From NCBI GenBank assembly GCA_030704615.1, contig CM060731.1, forward strand, positions 47,554,001 through 47,618,000: 64,000 nt of DNA, written 5' to 3'. Position 1 is the stretch's first letter; each line of letters opens with the position of its first letter. The position numbers and the translations under genes were made by a program. This document shows positions 1 to 12,319 of this stretch, in pieces. This DNA is from Takakia lepidozioides (taxonomy: Eukaryota; Plantae; Bryophyta). The notes under the pieces are model-generated. The model was not told where the DNA came from. It searched no databases and saw nothing but the letters and a program-made list of their open reading frames with translations.

Positions 1-968
1 AGGTACCTTCTTCAACATATTTCACCCTGTTTTCCCTGCTACTATTTGCTTTGACAATTCTAGGCTGTCATTGTCAGCTGCTAGCAGCAAGGCAAGGATG
101 AATGCTTGATTTGTGCAGCGGCATGGATAGCTTAAGGAGTAGAGATAGAGTGTGGGTGACGCAGGGTGCTGGGCAATGGGCAAGACGTCTTTGTATAAAT
201 GTGAGTGAGCTTCCTATCCTCCTGGCTCTCATTTTTAGTGCACGTTTCTTTGTGAAGTATCTGACTTTGCCAACACAAACCAACCTGTTTGCTTTGGTTT
301 GTTTATGAGTCCATGGGATAGAAGTTACCATAAACAACACTGGCATTGGTTTTTCATATATGGTAGTAGATAATTCTCTTAATTGTTTCCACCTTAGCAC
401 GTTGCTCAGTGACCTTCCTTGGACGCTTTGGAGTATAGTGAGTGAGTGTCTCACAATGCAATGTTGGTTGGTGCATCTTATGCAAGAACTTGGAAAACAA
501 ACAGATGTCCTTGCTGTAGTGATTCTTAAAGCCATGCAAGCCTTAGTTTTTGATGGGTTGCAGATTGATGGAATACATGAGTAGTTAGAAGATTCGGTTG
601 AACACTTGTCAAAGTGTTATAGTTAGACAATATAATTCACATGAGAATATGTGACTATTTTATGTATTTTTAGATCGCGACAAAAATGATAATGATAAAT
701 AGATTGATAAATAGAAATGGTGTACAATCTCTTGGGTTTGCTCAGCTTGGCGCAGTTATGTCTTGCTGCCTTGTTCTGTTTGTATTATATATTATATTTC
801 ATTGTTGTAATAGACATGTATATGACTTCTATCATAGTCATAATAATGACTACATCTATTTTCACTCTCCAATGGTACTACACCACGTGGTGGAAATACA
901 AATATGTAAAAAAATAGCAATACACCCAAAAATTCACCCATCATGACACATGTCAATCTGCTGAGGGA

Positions 969-1030
969 CCACGTGTAAAAACTGCAACGCGCCACGTGTA
1001 AAAACTGCAACGCGCCACGTGTTGCAACTG
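969..1030. repeat. Short tandem repeat (23-bp unit CCACGTGTAAAAACTGCAACGCG, ~2.5 copies)
   Basis: Direct repeat visible in the sequence. Confidence 0.8.
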
Positions 1031-1242
1031 GATTAGCACGCCCGTAGTAGAGCGAACACTCTGCCACGTGTCATTTTCTGTATCGAGCACGTGTCACTCT
1101 GGCACAGCCGCTGACATGAACTACACTGTCCGTTCAGTCATTCAGTAAAGCCAGCGTGTATGACTACCCGCACAGCCGCTCAGGCGCCACGTCACAGCCA
1201 GCCTGGAGAGTCATATCTGCCATGTCACAACTGACTAGGCTT

Positions 1243-1923
1243 TTATGTCTTCAGAGTCAGGAAGTCGTAAATGGCTTCTATAACTGCATTTGCAGTCATA
1301 ACACAGAGACGTAAAAACCGCAATTTGTTGTAGTGAATGATCGGAGACTTAACAACAGTGCTTTGTAACCGCTTCATCTCTTCCACCAGCCCATTGTACA
1401 TCAACTCCGCCCAAGCCACATCCTCTCCCCTCAAGGCTTTCAGTATCTCCTCCGTGAATGATCTGCTAAGGTACTGTTGGTTCTGCTTCATGGCAAACAA
1501 AACGTTCAGTATTTGGCCAACTTCCCTTAACCCTGGGTACTCGGCCTTGGTGCAGGTGTATCCTTGAGTCTTAAAGAAACTCGCTTCTTGGAACAAATTC
1601 CCTATTTGCAATCTTGCCCTGTGCTCATCCGCATCCACACGACCCGATGGTAATTCAAACAGTTGCTGCAAGTACTGGGGAGTAATCTCTATATCTACTC
1701 CCCTCACCTGTGTAACTCCTGTCCGAGGCTCAAAGTTATGAATGAATTGAATCATGAACTTCCGATGATGCAAGGACCATTCCTTGCGTAGCAGCCCTTC
1801 CAATCGCAACTCCTTCAGCAGTTGCACTGCCTGTGGTGTAGCAATTGTTTGCTTCTGCAGAATCGTGGTGCTCTTCACCCTGATATCCTCCATTCCCCTA
1901 ATTCTCTTCATCCAGACAAACAA
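1243..1923 (-). CDS. Additional 3' ORF of the Gypsy element (putative plant transposon protein-like)
   Basis: Open ~226-codon frame, sense to pol and ~0.9 kb downstream of INT. The motif FMIQFIHNF...VRGVDIEITPQYLQQLFELP resembles accessory ORFs of non-chromovirus plant Gypsy elements. Confidence 0.6.
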   Translation of the reverse strand: MFVWMKRIRGMEDIRVKSTTILQKQTIATPQAVQLLKELRLEGLLRKEWSLHHRKFMIQFIHNFEPRTGVTQVRGVDIEITPQYLQQLFELPSGRVDADEHRARLQIGNLFQEASFFKTQGYTCTKAEYPGLREVGQILNVLFAMKQNQQYLSRSFTEEILKALRGEDVAWAELMYNGLVEEMKRLQSTVVKSPIIHYNKLRFLRLCVMTANAVIEAIYDFLTLKT

Positions 1924-2679
1924 GAAGGCCTTGTTTGGAATAGCTGTAGGAAAGCTTGCAGGGCGTAGAGTATAAAGGTATGGTTTGCACAGAAAGGAAC
2001 AGGCAAATGAGTGTAAGCATGTGGGGCTTGCAGATAGTGAGTGAGTGAGAATGTCCTTTCAACCCGTCCATCCTTGTGCCACTGCGTAAGAAGTAAAGCT
2101 AACATATAGTCTATAATATCCGCCATAGCTACAAAGCTATAGCTTTGATTGCCCCTTCCGTTGAGACACTGGTTATTCAGAGCAACCCCGACTCTTCCGC
2201 TCATAACTTTTCTAACTTCTTGTTCTTGTTTCTTGGAGGAAATTCACGTTTCTGATTGGCTGTTGCCTCCTCGGGTAACGTCTAAATTTTATCCCCATCT
2301 GCTCACATTTCCACTTGGAATGCCCACTAGGACAGCACATGTGGCAAAGGTCCCCCTATGCGGTACGCGTAAAGGGTCCTTGGATGCATTAATGAGCCCA
2401 CAATTAATTTCGGCTGCTGTACCGGGTAGGTACTTTGACGGCCCAGTTTGTCTTTTTGCATGATAACACCCGCTATTGCAGTACATGCAATGCGAAGTGA
2501 TTTGCCCCTTAGGCCACGTGTTTGAATTCAAACACTCTCCCGTCTCCCTCTGTCCGCGTGGCTTTTTCTCCAAGTTTGACTCCCAAGCTGACCTTACACT
2601 TACCGGCCACTTTTCTGACGTTAACCCGCGTCCACCTGTCACTGACCCTATGGACTGTGCAATCCGCGTAGGCTGTGTT

Positions 2680-2790
2680 GGGCTGTGATAAGCTGTGTCA
2701 AACTGTGGTGAGCTGTGATAGGCTGTGTGACGCTGTGGTGGGCTGTGATAAGCTGTGTCACACTGTGGTGACCTGTGAAAACTGTGTGAA
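2680..2790. repeat. 30-bp minisatellite (GCTGTGATAAGCTGTGTCA..CTGTGGTG) in the Gypsy post-integrase spacer
   Basis: Three to four imperfect tandem copies. Confidence 0.85.
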
Positions 2791-2857
2791 CACCCATGTT
2801 CTCCGCTCAAGCCATACACATTTGGCTTTACGACAAGTGCTTCATGCTCCATTGGTG

Positions 2858-5800
2858 TTACCGGTTAGTCCGTGACTGCTTCTGTGTTTCAAAATGCAAA
2901 TCATGTTGCAATGGTTTATCATGGATACCACAGTATCCCTTCAACTTATTGGCATTGACTCTTCCCAGCATCTCTTTGTTAATGGTCTGTAACATGGCTG
3001 TGTTGTTATCATACATCTTCTGTATGACATAAGGTCCTTTCCATGGTGACTTAAGCTTAGAAGCTTTAATCTTCCCCTTCTATTGCAACCACATAACCAA
3101 ATCTCTCGTCTTAAAAGTTTTCAATTTACCTTCATCAAATTGATCCTTCCTCTTCATCCGAATCTTGGTCATGTTATCTGCTGCATCAGCACGTACTTCT
3201 TCCACATGGTATAATTCATGTTTCTTGAATTTAATTGAATCTTCCAATTCCATTCTTCTTCCCCATTCCGTTCTCATAGTAGGTAATAAGAATTCCACTG
3301 GAAGTAAAGCTTCCATACCATAAACTAATTGGAATGGTGTATACTTGATAGTGACTTTATATGAAGTCATGTGTGACCACAAAGCTGTCAGCAGCTTTGT
3401 ATCCCAATCTGTTATGTTTGCATTGACTATCTTAGCCAAGATAGTACATAGTATTTTGTTGGTGGCCTCTGCCTGCCCATTGCCCTGTGGGTAATAGGTT
3501 GTACTCTTCTTGTGCATAATCATGAACTCTTTAGTCAATAATTCTATGGTCTCATTAATGAAGTGATTTCCCTGGTCACTGATAAATTCCAAGGGACAGC
3601 CAAATCTTGTAAGTATGTTCTCATACATGAACCTTGTTGTAGACTTAGCTGTGTTGTCCCTCAGAGCCTTAGCTTCCATCCACTTTGTAGTATAATCAGT
3701 GGCTGTGATTATATACTTGTTTTGTGTATTTCTGGTTGGTGGGTTTATTGGTCCAACAAAGTCCAGTCCCCATTTCTGAAATGGTTCAGTAGGCATCGTC
3801 GGATGCAAAGCCATCTTTCCAGATCTTTGCAAAGGTCCTAGCCTCTGACACTCATCACAACTCTTGCAATACTTGTGCACATCTTTGAACAGAGTAGGCC
3901 ACCAGTAACCTGCAAGTAATATTTTTCTGCTGGTAGTCTCATCTCCAAAATGACCTCCAGCCACTCTTTTATGAACTTCTTCCAAAACTTTATTTACTTC
4001 ATGGTGGTACAAGCATCGTTTAAGAACTCTCAGGTCCTAGCTTATACAATCTGCCACCTATCATAGTGTAGGGTAAAGCCTTGATAACTATTCTCTTCCT
4101 CTGTTCTTGCCCATAACTGGGTGGGCACTAACCATGAGTAAGGTAGTATCTGATTGGCCACTGCCAATCTAACCAATCATTTGCACTTCCCTGCACCTCC
4201 ACTGCAAATAGACTCGCATCAGGTAGTTGGTCGTCTACTCCCGTGGCGGGCTCTCTTGTTGATAGGCGTGACAAGTGATCTGCCACAAGATGCAAACGGC
4301 CAAGCTTGTAAACAACTTCGAATTCAAATTTGTGCAAGATTATTAACCATCTTGCTATCCTGTCACTTATCAAAGGCTTGTTCACCAGATAAATCAAAGC
4401 CTGATGATCCATATAAAACATAAACTTCCTTCCCAATAGGTAATGCCTGAATTTCTTGACTGCATAAATCATTGCCAATGCTTCTCTTTCAGTGTAGCTA
4501 TAGTTCATTTCAGCACTGTTCAACAACCTGCTAGCATAATACACAAGTGAATCTATGTTTCCTGTGATATTTTGGGCTAACACAGCTCCCAATGCTTCTC
4601 CTGAGGCATCACAGTGTACATGACATACTACATGTCAGTGAGGGTTAATCAGCACAGGTGTAGTTGTTACTGACAATGTAAGTTCCTCAAAAGCCCGTTG
4701 ACATTCAGCTGTCCATGTAAACACTGCATCCTTCTTCAAAAGCTTGCTCAATGGAGCTGCCATCTTTGCATATCGTTTAACAAACCTTCTATAATAAGTA
4801 GTTTGTCCAAGGAACCTCCTCAAACCCTTCACGTTACTTGGTGGTGGTGAGGCTTTAATAGCCTTTGTCTTTCTAGGATCCACAAGCAGTCCCTTCTTAC
4901 ACACATGTGTCCCAGTAGTACCCCTGAGTTGACACACACTTTTCCGGATTCAGTCCAAGACCTCTCATCCTGCATCTGGCCAAACATAACTCCAACTTCA
5001 GCAAGTGCTCATTCTTAGAGCTGTACACACTGAAGTCATCTAAAAACACTTGCATGAAATCATCCAAATACTCATGGAAGGATTCACTTATCACTCTCTG
5101 AAATGTTGCTGGTGCATTACAAAGTCCAAAAGGCATGACTTTGTATGCATATGCACCCCAGTCTGTGATAAAAGCTATCTTCCCCTGGTCTTCTTCCACC
5201 ACTTGCACTTGGTTATACCCACTGAAGCCATCCATGAATGAGTACATCTCATGGCTTGCCATAGTGTCCAGTACAGCTTCTGTGAATGGCAAAGGAAATG
5301 GATCTTTCTTTGTACAAGCATTCAACTTCTTATAGTTCACACAAACTCTCAGTTTGCCATTCTTCTTGGGAACTATCACAATGGGTGATAACCAAGTTGT
5401 ATATTCTATTAGGTATATGAATTTAGCCTCAGCCAACTTCCTAATCTCTTCCCCAACCTTCTGTGCATAGTTAGGATTCATCCTGTACCTAGCCTGTTTG
5501 ATTGGTACCGACCCTGGTTCCAGTTCAATCTTATGCTGACAAATCTCATGTGGTATCCCTTTCATATCCTCATAGCTCCAAGCAAATACATCTTTGTATT
5601 TGATAAACATGCTCTTAGCTTCCTCAAAGAATTCTGGCTCCAAGTCAGCCCCTACTTTCACCATTCTTGGTTCCTCCTCAGTTCCCACATTCACGTCTCG
5701 CACCTGCTCTTCAGCTGTGATTGTCCATCTAGCCACTACTTCATCCTGTAAACTCACAGTGGCTGGTTCTTCTAGGATTTCCATTTCTCCCTCTCTTTCC

Positions 5801-6365
5801 TCATAGAAATGTGGTGGTAACTACTTGTTTCCCCCTCAATTGGTGTTGCTGTTACTGCACCACAACAGATATCTTTAAAACAACTCAGGCCTCCCAGTTG
5901 CACTGCAACCTGCTCCCACTCTGGGTGCGCAACAAACATGATAGCTTCCTGCTCCTCATCAAGTCCTCCCCTCCAGTCATACTCTCTGACTCCACGAGGT
6001 CTTCTGGTAGCAGGTAGCCTACTAGATTTCTTAGTGGTGACTTGTATCTTGTGCTTCCCATCATGCACAGTCAGTAACTGGGAATTCCAATCATGGAATA
6101 CCCTGGCCTGTTTCAGCCATGGTCGACCCAGCAATAAGGAATAAGCTTCCATAACATCATCCATTTTCAACACAGTCACTGTGATCTTACAGACCATCTT
6201 CTGAATCTGTATCTTAACTCCTCTTATCAAGCCTAATGGCTGTACACTCCTTGGATCTGCCATTGTTACTGTAAATGGGGCTGGTTTCATGTTACTTAGG
6301 CCAAGCTTCTGCCTTAATTGGTCTATCATAATACTCACTCTGAGCCTCCATCTATCAGTACAATT
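2858..6365 (-). pseudogene. Gypsy pol (protease-RT-RNase H-integrase), broken by frameshifts and stops
   Basis: Covered by ORF pieces 5772-6449, 4897-5784, 4635-4937, 4128-4592 and 3080-4012. The integrase continues in frame past the TAG at 3080 (KGKIKASKLKSPWKGPYVI) to a TAA at 2858. Confidence 0.93.
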
Positions 6366-6464
6366 CCTCGTGTGCCTGTGCCTCCGACATAAAAAATCAT
6401 CATTCAAATTTTTTTGATCAAGGAACCTTTGGTTTATCCTTTTCACCATTAACGATTAAATCAC

Positions 6465-7920
6465 ATTTGCCTCCAAATGATTTTGGTTCGCTTTGAGACT
6501 TGGCCAGTATATTCAATGTACCATGGAAGAGGTCTTAGAGTAATATGAGATCAATCGAAATTCGTTCAATGGGCCAACGGATGGTTGCCCATCCAAATGA
6601 TTTTCGTTCGCTTTGAGACTTGGCCAGTGTGTTCAATGTTAGGTCCCAATGTAATATGAGATGAATCGAAATTCGTTCGATGGGCCAATGAGGCGTTCAG
6701 TTGTCATCTGGTTTGTTCATTGCGGAAAAAAAAAATCCTGCAATGCGTGCACGACTATTGCACCCATTGAACGGATGTGGTTGAAGCCCTTCTTTTGCCC
6801 GCATGTGCTTGAACATGTGCGCGACACATGTGCAGAGACACAACAGACGAATAAATCATTTGCCTCCCCATCGACACCAAGCCATTCCATAATATAATTG
6901 AATTTAAATTAATTTTAAGCCAATAAATAGGTTTGCACTGCCTTTCATTGGGGGTTTCTGACACGTATCGATTTTGTTTTTGGCTCAATTTTGTTTTGCG
7001 GCTTCAAGCATCCCACTGCTACCCCCCCGCCAAAATTTGGACCAATAAAAAATGCCCCAAAAAAAAAATGTTTTCTTCGTTCACTATTGCAGAACTCTCT
7101 ATGAAGAGTGCATGAAGTAGAGCACAAATCAAGTTTGGAGTGCAAAACGGGCAAGAAACTGTGGTTTTGAGTCCAAATGAATTTTGATCGCTCCCAAATT
7201 TGGCACGCACATTGCATATGGAGTCATTACACACCCCATTCAAAAATGGAATGGAACAAAAAACATGAGCACGCGAAACGCAGTCCAACAGGTCCCAAAG
7301 TAATAGCAGATCCAACAGAATACATTCAATGGGTGAACGGATGGTTGCAATGGCTCAACGGATGGTTGACCATCGAAATGATTTTGGTTCGCTTTGAGAC
7401 TTAGCAGTATGTTCAATGTACCATGGAAGAGATCTCAAAGACGTGTAAGAGGGCATGTAAAAGACACTTGCAAAGTTTCGGAGCAATAAAATATCATTTC
7501 ATCGTTCACCCTTTCATCCAATTTTGAATTGAACTGGATTTTTACTAAATAAAATGATTTAGATGGCATAGGATTGTGGGGCGCAATGAGTGTGGGGCGC
7601 AATGATTTTGTTTTTGGCTTGATTTTATTCTTTGAGTTGAACCCTCACACCACCACATCCTTGCCAAAAAATGTACCAAAGAAAAATGTTTGGAAAAAAA
7701 CGTTCATCCTTTGCTCTATGCTCACTATTGCAAAACTCTCTATGACGAGTGCATGAAGTTGAAGATAATTTCACCTTGGAGTGCAAATGAGGGAATAAAA
7801 TGTGTTTTGGATGCAGACGATGTCTGTTCATGGTGATATTTTGCATGCAACTCTTCATGTTGTTATTAAGCATATGACTTCAGAATGGAATTAAAAACAA
7901 TTCATGTGCAGGCGAAAGGT
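6465..7920. repeat. Complex diverged direct repeats (TE-type non-coding region)
   Basis: A ~120-bp unit (AAATGATTTTGGTTCGCTTTGAGACTT...) occurs at ~6475, ~6595 and ~7375. A larger duplication pairs ~6850-7270 with ~7490-7920 (shared GATTTTGTTTTTGGCT and CACTATTGCA.AACTCTCTATGA.GAGTGCATGAAGT). Confidence 0.8.
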
Positions 7921-8412
7921 TGTTTATCCTTATGAATTTGAATAACCCATTCAAACAACTTTGTTGAAGTTCAACTTTGGTCCATATGTGCTTAAGTACG
8001 TACAAATCACGTACAGAAAGTTGCAAGCGAAGAAATAATCATTTGCCCCCCGAACGACTCGTTAAACCTTTCAACCAATTTTCAATCATGAATCATTTAA
8101 TAGGAGAACTATTGGTTTACCCTTAGAATCATTTTAGATTGACCTCATACTTGTCCGCTACCTTAAAGAGGACATGTACAAGACACTCCCAAAGTTTCAA
8201 ATCAATCTAAAATCATTTGGTAGAGGAACGATTGGTTCACCCATTGACCCGGTGTACACTGTCACTCTTCAAGATTCGTGGGTGTGGTGCTTGATTATCC
8301 CATATGATGGACCCAGGTGCCATGGCCAAGTAACAAACCATTAAAACATTATGGTACGAGACAAACACAATTGAAAACAATATTTATTCAAACATGATGT
8401 ACAGTCAGAGAT

Positions 8413-9923
8413 CTACAAGTTTCTATCCATCCTCCAACAATTTTTGGGCTCAGGCCAATTGAATAGCCCCGTCATGAAATGCTTCACAACATTTTCTAGT
8501 TTGTACCGCAACTCTACTGTGTCTACATACAAGTTTTTCAGAGCCGAAGCAAAATAAGTTCCAGTAGACATATCGTTGAACATGCTTGCATTGAATGTGT
8601 TACCCCCATTTATTGCCTGGGCTATCTTCCCAATTGCAAAGGTCTCTGATGGCACGGTTAGAGGGGGGCCTACGAGGTGTGCCATCTGAGTGGTTGTTGG
8701 CTACGTTATGAACAATTGCAATTTCAGGTGCAATCCACCATCTATGTGCGAGAGTCTTTATCATCTTGTCTCTGCTCTCGAAAATGTACAACGTGGTTTT
8801 TGGGTCATCCGTCGTGGAGGCCATCCCCCAATCGCATACCCCGATGTACACATCTTCAGACCCTTGTGGAAAATGCAACAAGATGATTGTAGGGGGACAT
8901 GTTGTTGTGCAAGAGGTGGTGATTATGGACGTTGAGCATGATGTGCAAAAGCGCCCATGCCAATTGGGTGCGATTCTGTCGGAATCGAACCAGTCGGTTG
9001 ACCTCCTGCATTTCCTGCTCCGTCCCCCGTCGTTCCATTAACTCCATGTTATCCCGACCATTTCCCCATTTCCTGTCAATACTCAACCATAATCGTATGG
9101 TCCCCCCATTCCACCAATGTGTGTAACCTTCATTTTGACGTGGATGCAACGCAAAATACTTTATGATGCCGAAATGATGGAACTTTACAGCCAACGCCTC
9201 ATTGTTATGTTGGACTTTGGCAAGCTCAGCATTTGTTTCCTTGGGCATTTTCCCTGCTAGCTCCCAAGATGGAGAAATGAATTGATCCCCAACAATTCTA
9301 ACCCTCCGAATTGTACCATACCCTCCCTGTTTGGGCGCGTCGAGTTGTTGTACCTGTGCGTTTGTGAATATGTATCTCACGTTCAATGCCGCATCCGCGG
9401 ACGAGGACCCTACCTTCCATGGGAGTGGTTTTGTATGTCATTTGGCGTGGGTCTTTGCCATGTCAGACCACCAATCCACAAGCACAAACAACTCCTCCTC
9501 CGAAGTTGGCATGCGACCTTCAGCTACAGGTGTTCTCGTAACAAACTTGTCCATGGTTTGCCTCAGATTCCATGTGACATCATGGGCCCGGTTCTCCATC
9601 CATTTCGTGAACTAGAACTTCGCCCTGTCCTCCTCTCATTCATCCCCGGCCAAAGCCTCCATCATTCTCATCTCCACATTGTGCTGGAATCTAAGGAACC
9701 CCTCATTCCCATGTCGGACATACAAAAGATTCAAACGCATTATGTCATTGTTTTTCAAATAATCCAGCACTACTTGCTTTACCACCTTCGCGGCCTCTAC
9801 GCTTGGATAGTTTTTTTTGTTGATCTGACTATCCCGTTCATGTGCATTTTTACGCTTCTTACCTTTACGTCCACTTCCCGATGAACCCCCTGACACTGCG
9901 TTCGAAGCAACGTTTCCGGACAT
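8413..9923 (-). pseudogene. Intronless protein kinase pseudogene of TE-cargo type
   Basis: Joining ORFs 9636-9923, 8856-9386, 8600-8881 and 8413-8685 gives G-loop QGGYGTIR, AGK lysine, helix-C Glu (NNEA), catalytic loop LHNNMSPYN (HND degraded), VCDWGMA, WWIAPE and SETFAIG. It carries three premature stops and two frameshifts. Confidence 0.88.
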
Positions 9924-10218
9924 AATGAAAGTACTCTGCGGAATAGACGCGGCTTCGTAACGGAAAACTAAAACCAGACTATTGATAACCTTATATACTA
10001 GCAGACCAATTTCCTCACCCTCTATTGGTATAGTACCCAAAGCAAACTCTCCCGCAGTCCCAAAAAAAAAAGGCAAAAACTCCTCCCCTACACAAATCCA
10101 CTTCCCCCCCCCCCCCCCCCAACGCTCAGTCCTGGCCACCGAAGTTCAAACTCCAAGAAGCCCCAAAACCGCACTCACATAAAGGGAAAAAAATGGGTTG
10201 GGAATGAGGGGTAGGCCC

Positions 10219-10225
10219 TTATATA
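10219..10225 (-). promoter_or_regulatory. Putative TATA box of the kinase gene
   Basis: TATATAA on the minus strand, ~300 bp upstream of the ATG at 9923. Confidence 0.4.
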
Positions 10226-10293
10226 CTGCCTGGAGAGGCTTGGCGCGCGACCGCCTCTGCTGCCCATTCACGCCTCATCACGTGTCTAGGGAG

Positions 10294-10790
10294 CGGTCGC
10301 ACCTATGGGTGGTCGCAGCTAATAACAAAACAAAAAAAATGCTACGACCCCCCCCCCCCCCCTGCTGGTGGTCGCACCTTTTTAAAAACAAAATGAAAAT
10401 GTGCGATCCTCCATAAGCGGTCGCACCTCATAACAAAAAAAAAAAGTCTGCGACCACCACCGGCTGGTGGTCGCACCCATTTAAAAAATAATTAAAAATG
10501 TGCGACCATCCCCTGCTGGTGGTCGCACCTATTTAAAAAAAATGAAAAAGTTGCGACCACCACCTGCTGGTGGTCGCACCCAATTTAAGAAAAAAAAAAA
10601 AATGTGCGACCATCCTCTGCTTGTGGTCGCACCTATTAAAAAAAAATTGAAAATGCTGCGACCACCACCTGCTGGTGGTCGCACCCATTTAAAAAATAAG
10701 AAAAAATGTGCGACCACCCCCTTCTGGTGGTCGCACATTTAAAAAATAAATAAAAAATAATGTCCGACCAACTTTTGCTGACGGTCGCAT
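10294..10790. repeat. Tandem array of ~52-bp units, each a 27-bp palindrome (TGCGACCACCA-N5-TGGTGGTCGCA) plus an A-rich linker
   Basis: About 9 units starting near 10343, 10402, 10449, 10501, 10552, 10605, 10657, 10709 and 10763. Units alternate between two variants, giving a ~104-bp higher-order period. Confidence 0.95.
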
Positions 10791-11932
10791 GATTGACAAT
10801 ATAAATCATAATATATGAATTTTACAGATAATTAATGAAGTCCACGTAATGAGGCCACATCGGTTGCCACGTTGGTTCTCATAGTAAATAGTCAATAGTA
10901 AAGTAAAAAATTAAATATATTTATGTACAGTAACATCGGTTTAGGACGTGACGTGACGCACGTCCGTCGCTGACGTCGGACGTGACGCTGACGCGTCAAC
11001 GCCACGTTACGTCCAAATTTGCAACTAGGACTTCAAGGAGGTGGACTAGCTAGAGACAACATGAAGGTGAAAGCATTGCAGGACTGGAGTTTGACGTGTT
11101 TTGCATTGGCCCCGGGTTTGAAGTAGCACATGTGCATGGCCTAGGGGTCTGATTTCAGATATGCATGTGGATTGTCAAGTGTGAATAAAAATTCATGTTC
11201 AATTTCAGAAGATGAATTGAGCTCTAAATCATTTAAATTAGATCAAAAAGGTTTTTTTTTTTGTTTTTTTTTGTTTTTTTGTTTACACCAGATGAAGGTT
11301 TGGTAAACATTGCCCGGCTGTATCTGCATTATCAAAGTTTGTTTTTGTCTTCAGTTTCAGTTTCAGTACTGTTAAACTCATGGGTGATACAATGTACCAC
11401 CAACGTGAAAGTGAAAGGCAGTATGTATTTCCATGGTTTGGTTTTGAATATGCATATGGATGAAAACTGCATGTACATGTGAGACAGATGGAAAACGGTT
11501 GGTGACAGTGCCATTATGTAACGCACTTGTAACGCCTACACTGTCGGTGGCATGTCCCCGTCATTGTCTCGCCCAGGTTATTGTCGCTCTGGCCAAGGGT
11601 TCATGTTACATAGGTTGTGCATCATTGGGAGGATATAAAGGGTTCTAGAATAAACAGCTCTTGCACTTCTCCATTTCATTGTCTTCACTTTTTCCTGCTT
11701 GCACACCCACTTGTGCCATACTGATTTCATTGAGGTCATCCTTGCCATAGTTTTCTTGGGTTTTCTGCCCACATGAGGTCTTTGTGTTGCAGGTATTAGG
11801 GTCCTCTTGTACATCTCATATTATCAGTTTGCACTCTTGTTACTACTTCTGAATGTAGGCTGAGTTTGTGTTGCAAGTTCGAGGGTTGTCATCTTTGCAG
11901 TTTCCCTCACACTTTGCACAGTTCAGCTTCCA

Positions 11933-12319
11933 TTGTCCATGGATTCCACCCCAACATCCACTTTTCGCGCCAAGGTCTCTGAAATATTGTACAAAGCCCT
12001 CATTGCTGCTTCTGCCATGCCTTCTCACAACATGCAGCTGCACATTCTTCAAAAGATTGAAACCGAAGCGGGGCAGGACAAAGTCTGGAAGTACCACACT
12101 GTGGACTCAGTGCGCTGCATGACAGTTGACTTGGGTGCTTTGGAGCGTGTCTATACTATGGACGAGGAGGAGCAGTCAGGTATTTTCCTTTGCCATGTTC
12201 TTATGGGATTTGTGGACAAGCTCATTTTCAAGACATTCAAGTACTGCACCTCTCGGTTTGATGGGGTGGCCCCAGTAGATTGGGGTTATCATATCTCCCT
12301 GGATGCGGATTGGGTGTAG
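11933..12319 (+). CDS. Hypothetical 128-aa protein within the TE-like block
   Basis: Open frame with protein-like composition; no domain recognised. Confidence 0.35.
   Translation: MSMDSTPTSTFRAKVSEILYKALIAASAMPSHNMQLHILQKIETEAGQDKVWKYHTVDSVRCMTVDLGALERVYTMDEEEQSGIFLCHVLMGFVDKLIFKTFKYCTSRFDGVAPVDWGYHISLDADWV

Larger units (their letters stand above)
1243..6365 (-). mobile_element. Ty3/Gypsy LTR retrotransposon internal region, truncated (gag and 5' LTR missing; no LTR recognised in the window)
   Basis: Minus-strand domain order is PR (VLIDGGS near 6335-6360), RT (FMDGFSGYNQ, FLDDF), RNase H (DAS, YSYTEREALA, DHQAL, ADHLSR) and INT (H2C2, WGLDF, SDQG, YYPQGNGQAE, KGPY). A long non-coding spacer and an extra ORF follow. 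Homology stops abruptly at ~6365. Confidence 0.95.

Noticed and set aside
74-590. Possible coding remnant at the window start
   Set aside because: No recognisable motif; it cannot be assigned to the Gypsy element or to a gene.
5772-6449. 225-aa ORF as a complete protease gene
   Set aside because: Its first ~35 codons come from unrelated sequence beyond the ~6365 junction, and a frameshift moves the DGGS motif out of frame.
10500-10742. Repetitive ORFs (RPPPAGGRT)
   Set aside because: They are translations of the non-coding tandem array.
10294-10790. CRISPR-like array (palindromic repeats with spacers)
   Set aside because: The linkers are mutually similar A-tracts rather than unique spacers, there are no cas genes, and the context is plant nuclear DNA.
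6365-11028. Complete Helitron from ~6365 to the CTAG at 11028
   Set aside because: There is no convincing A|TC 5' end, CTAG is followed by G rather than T, and the Gypsy element does not resume afterwards.
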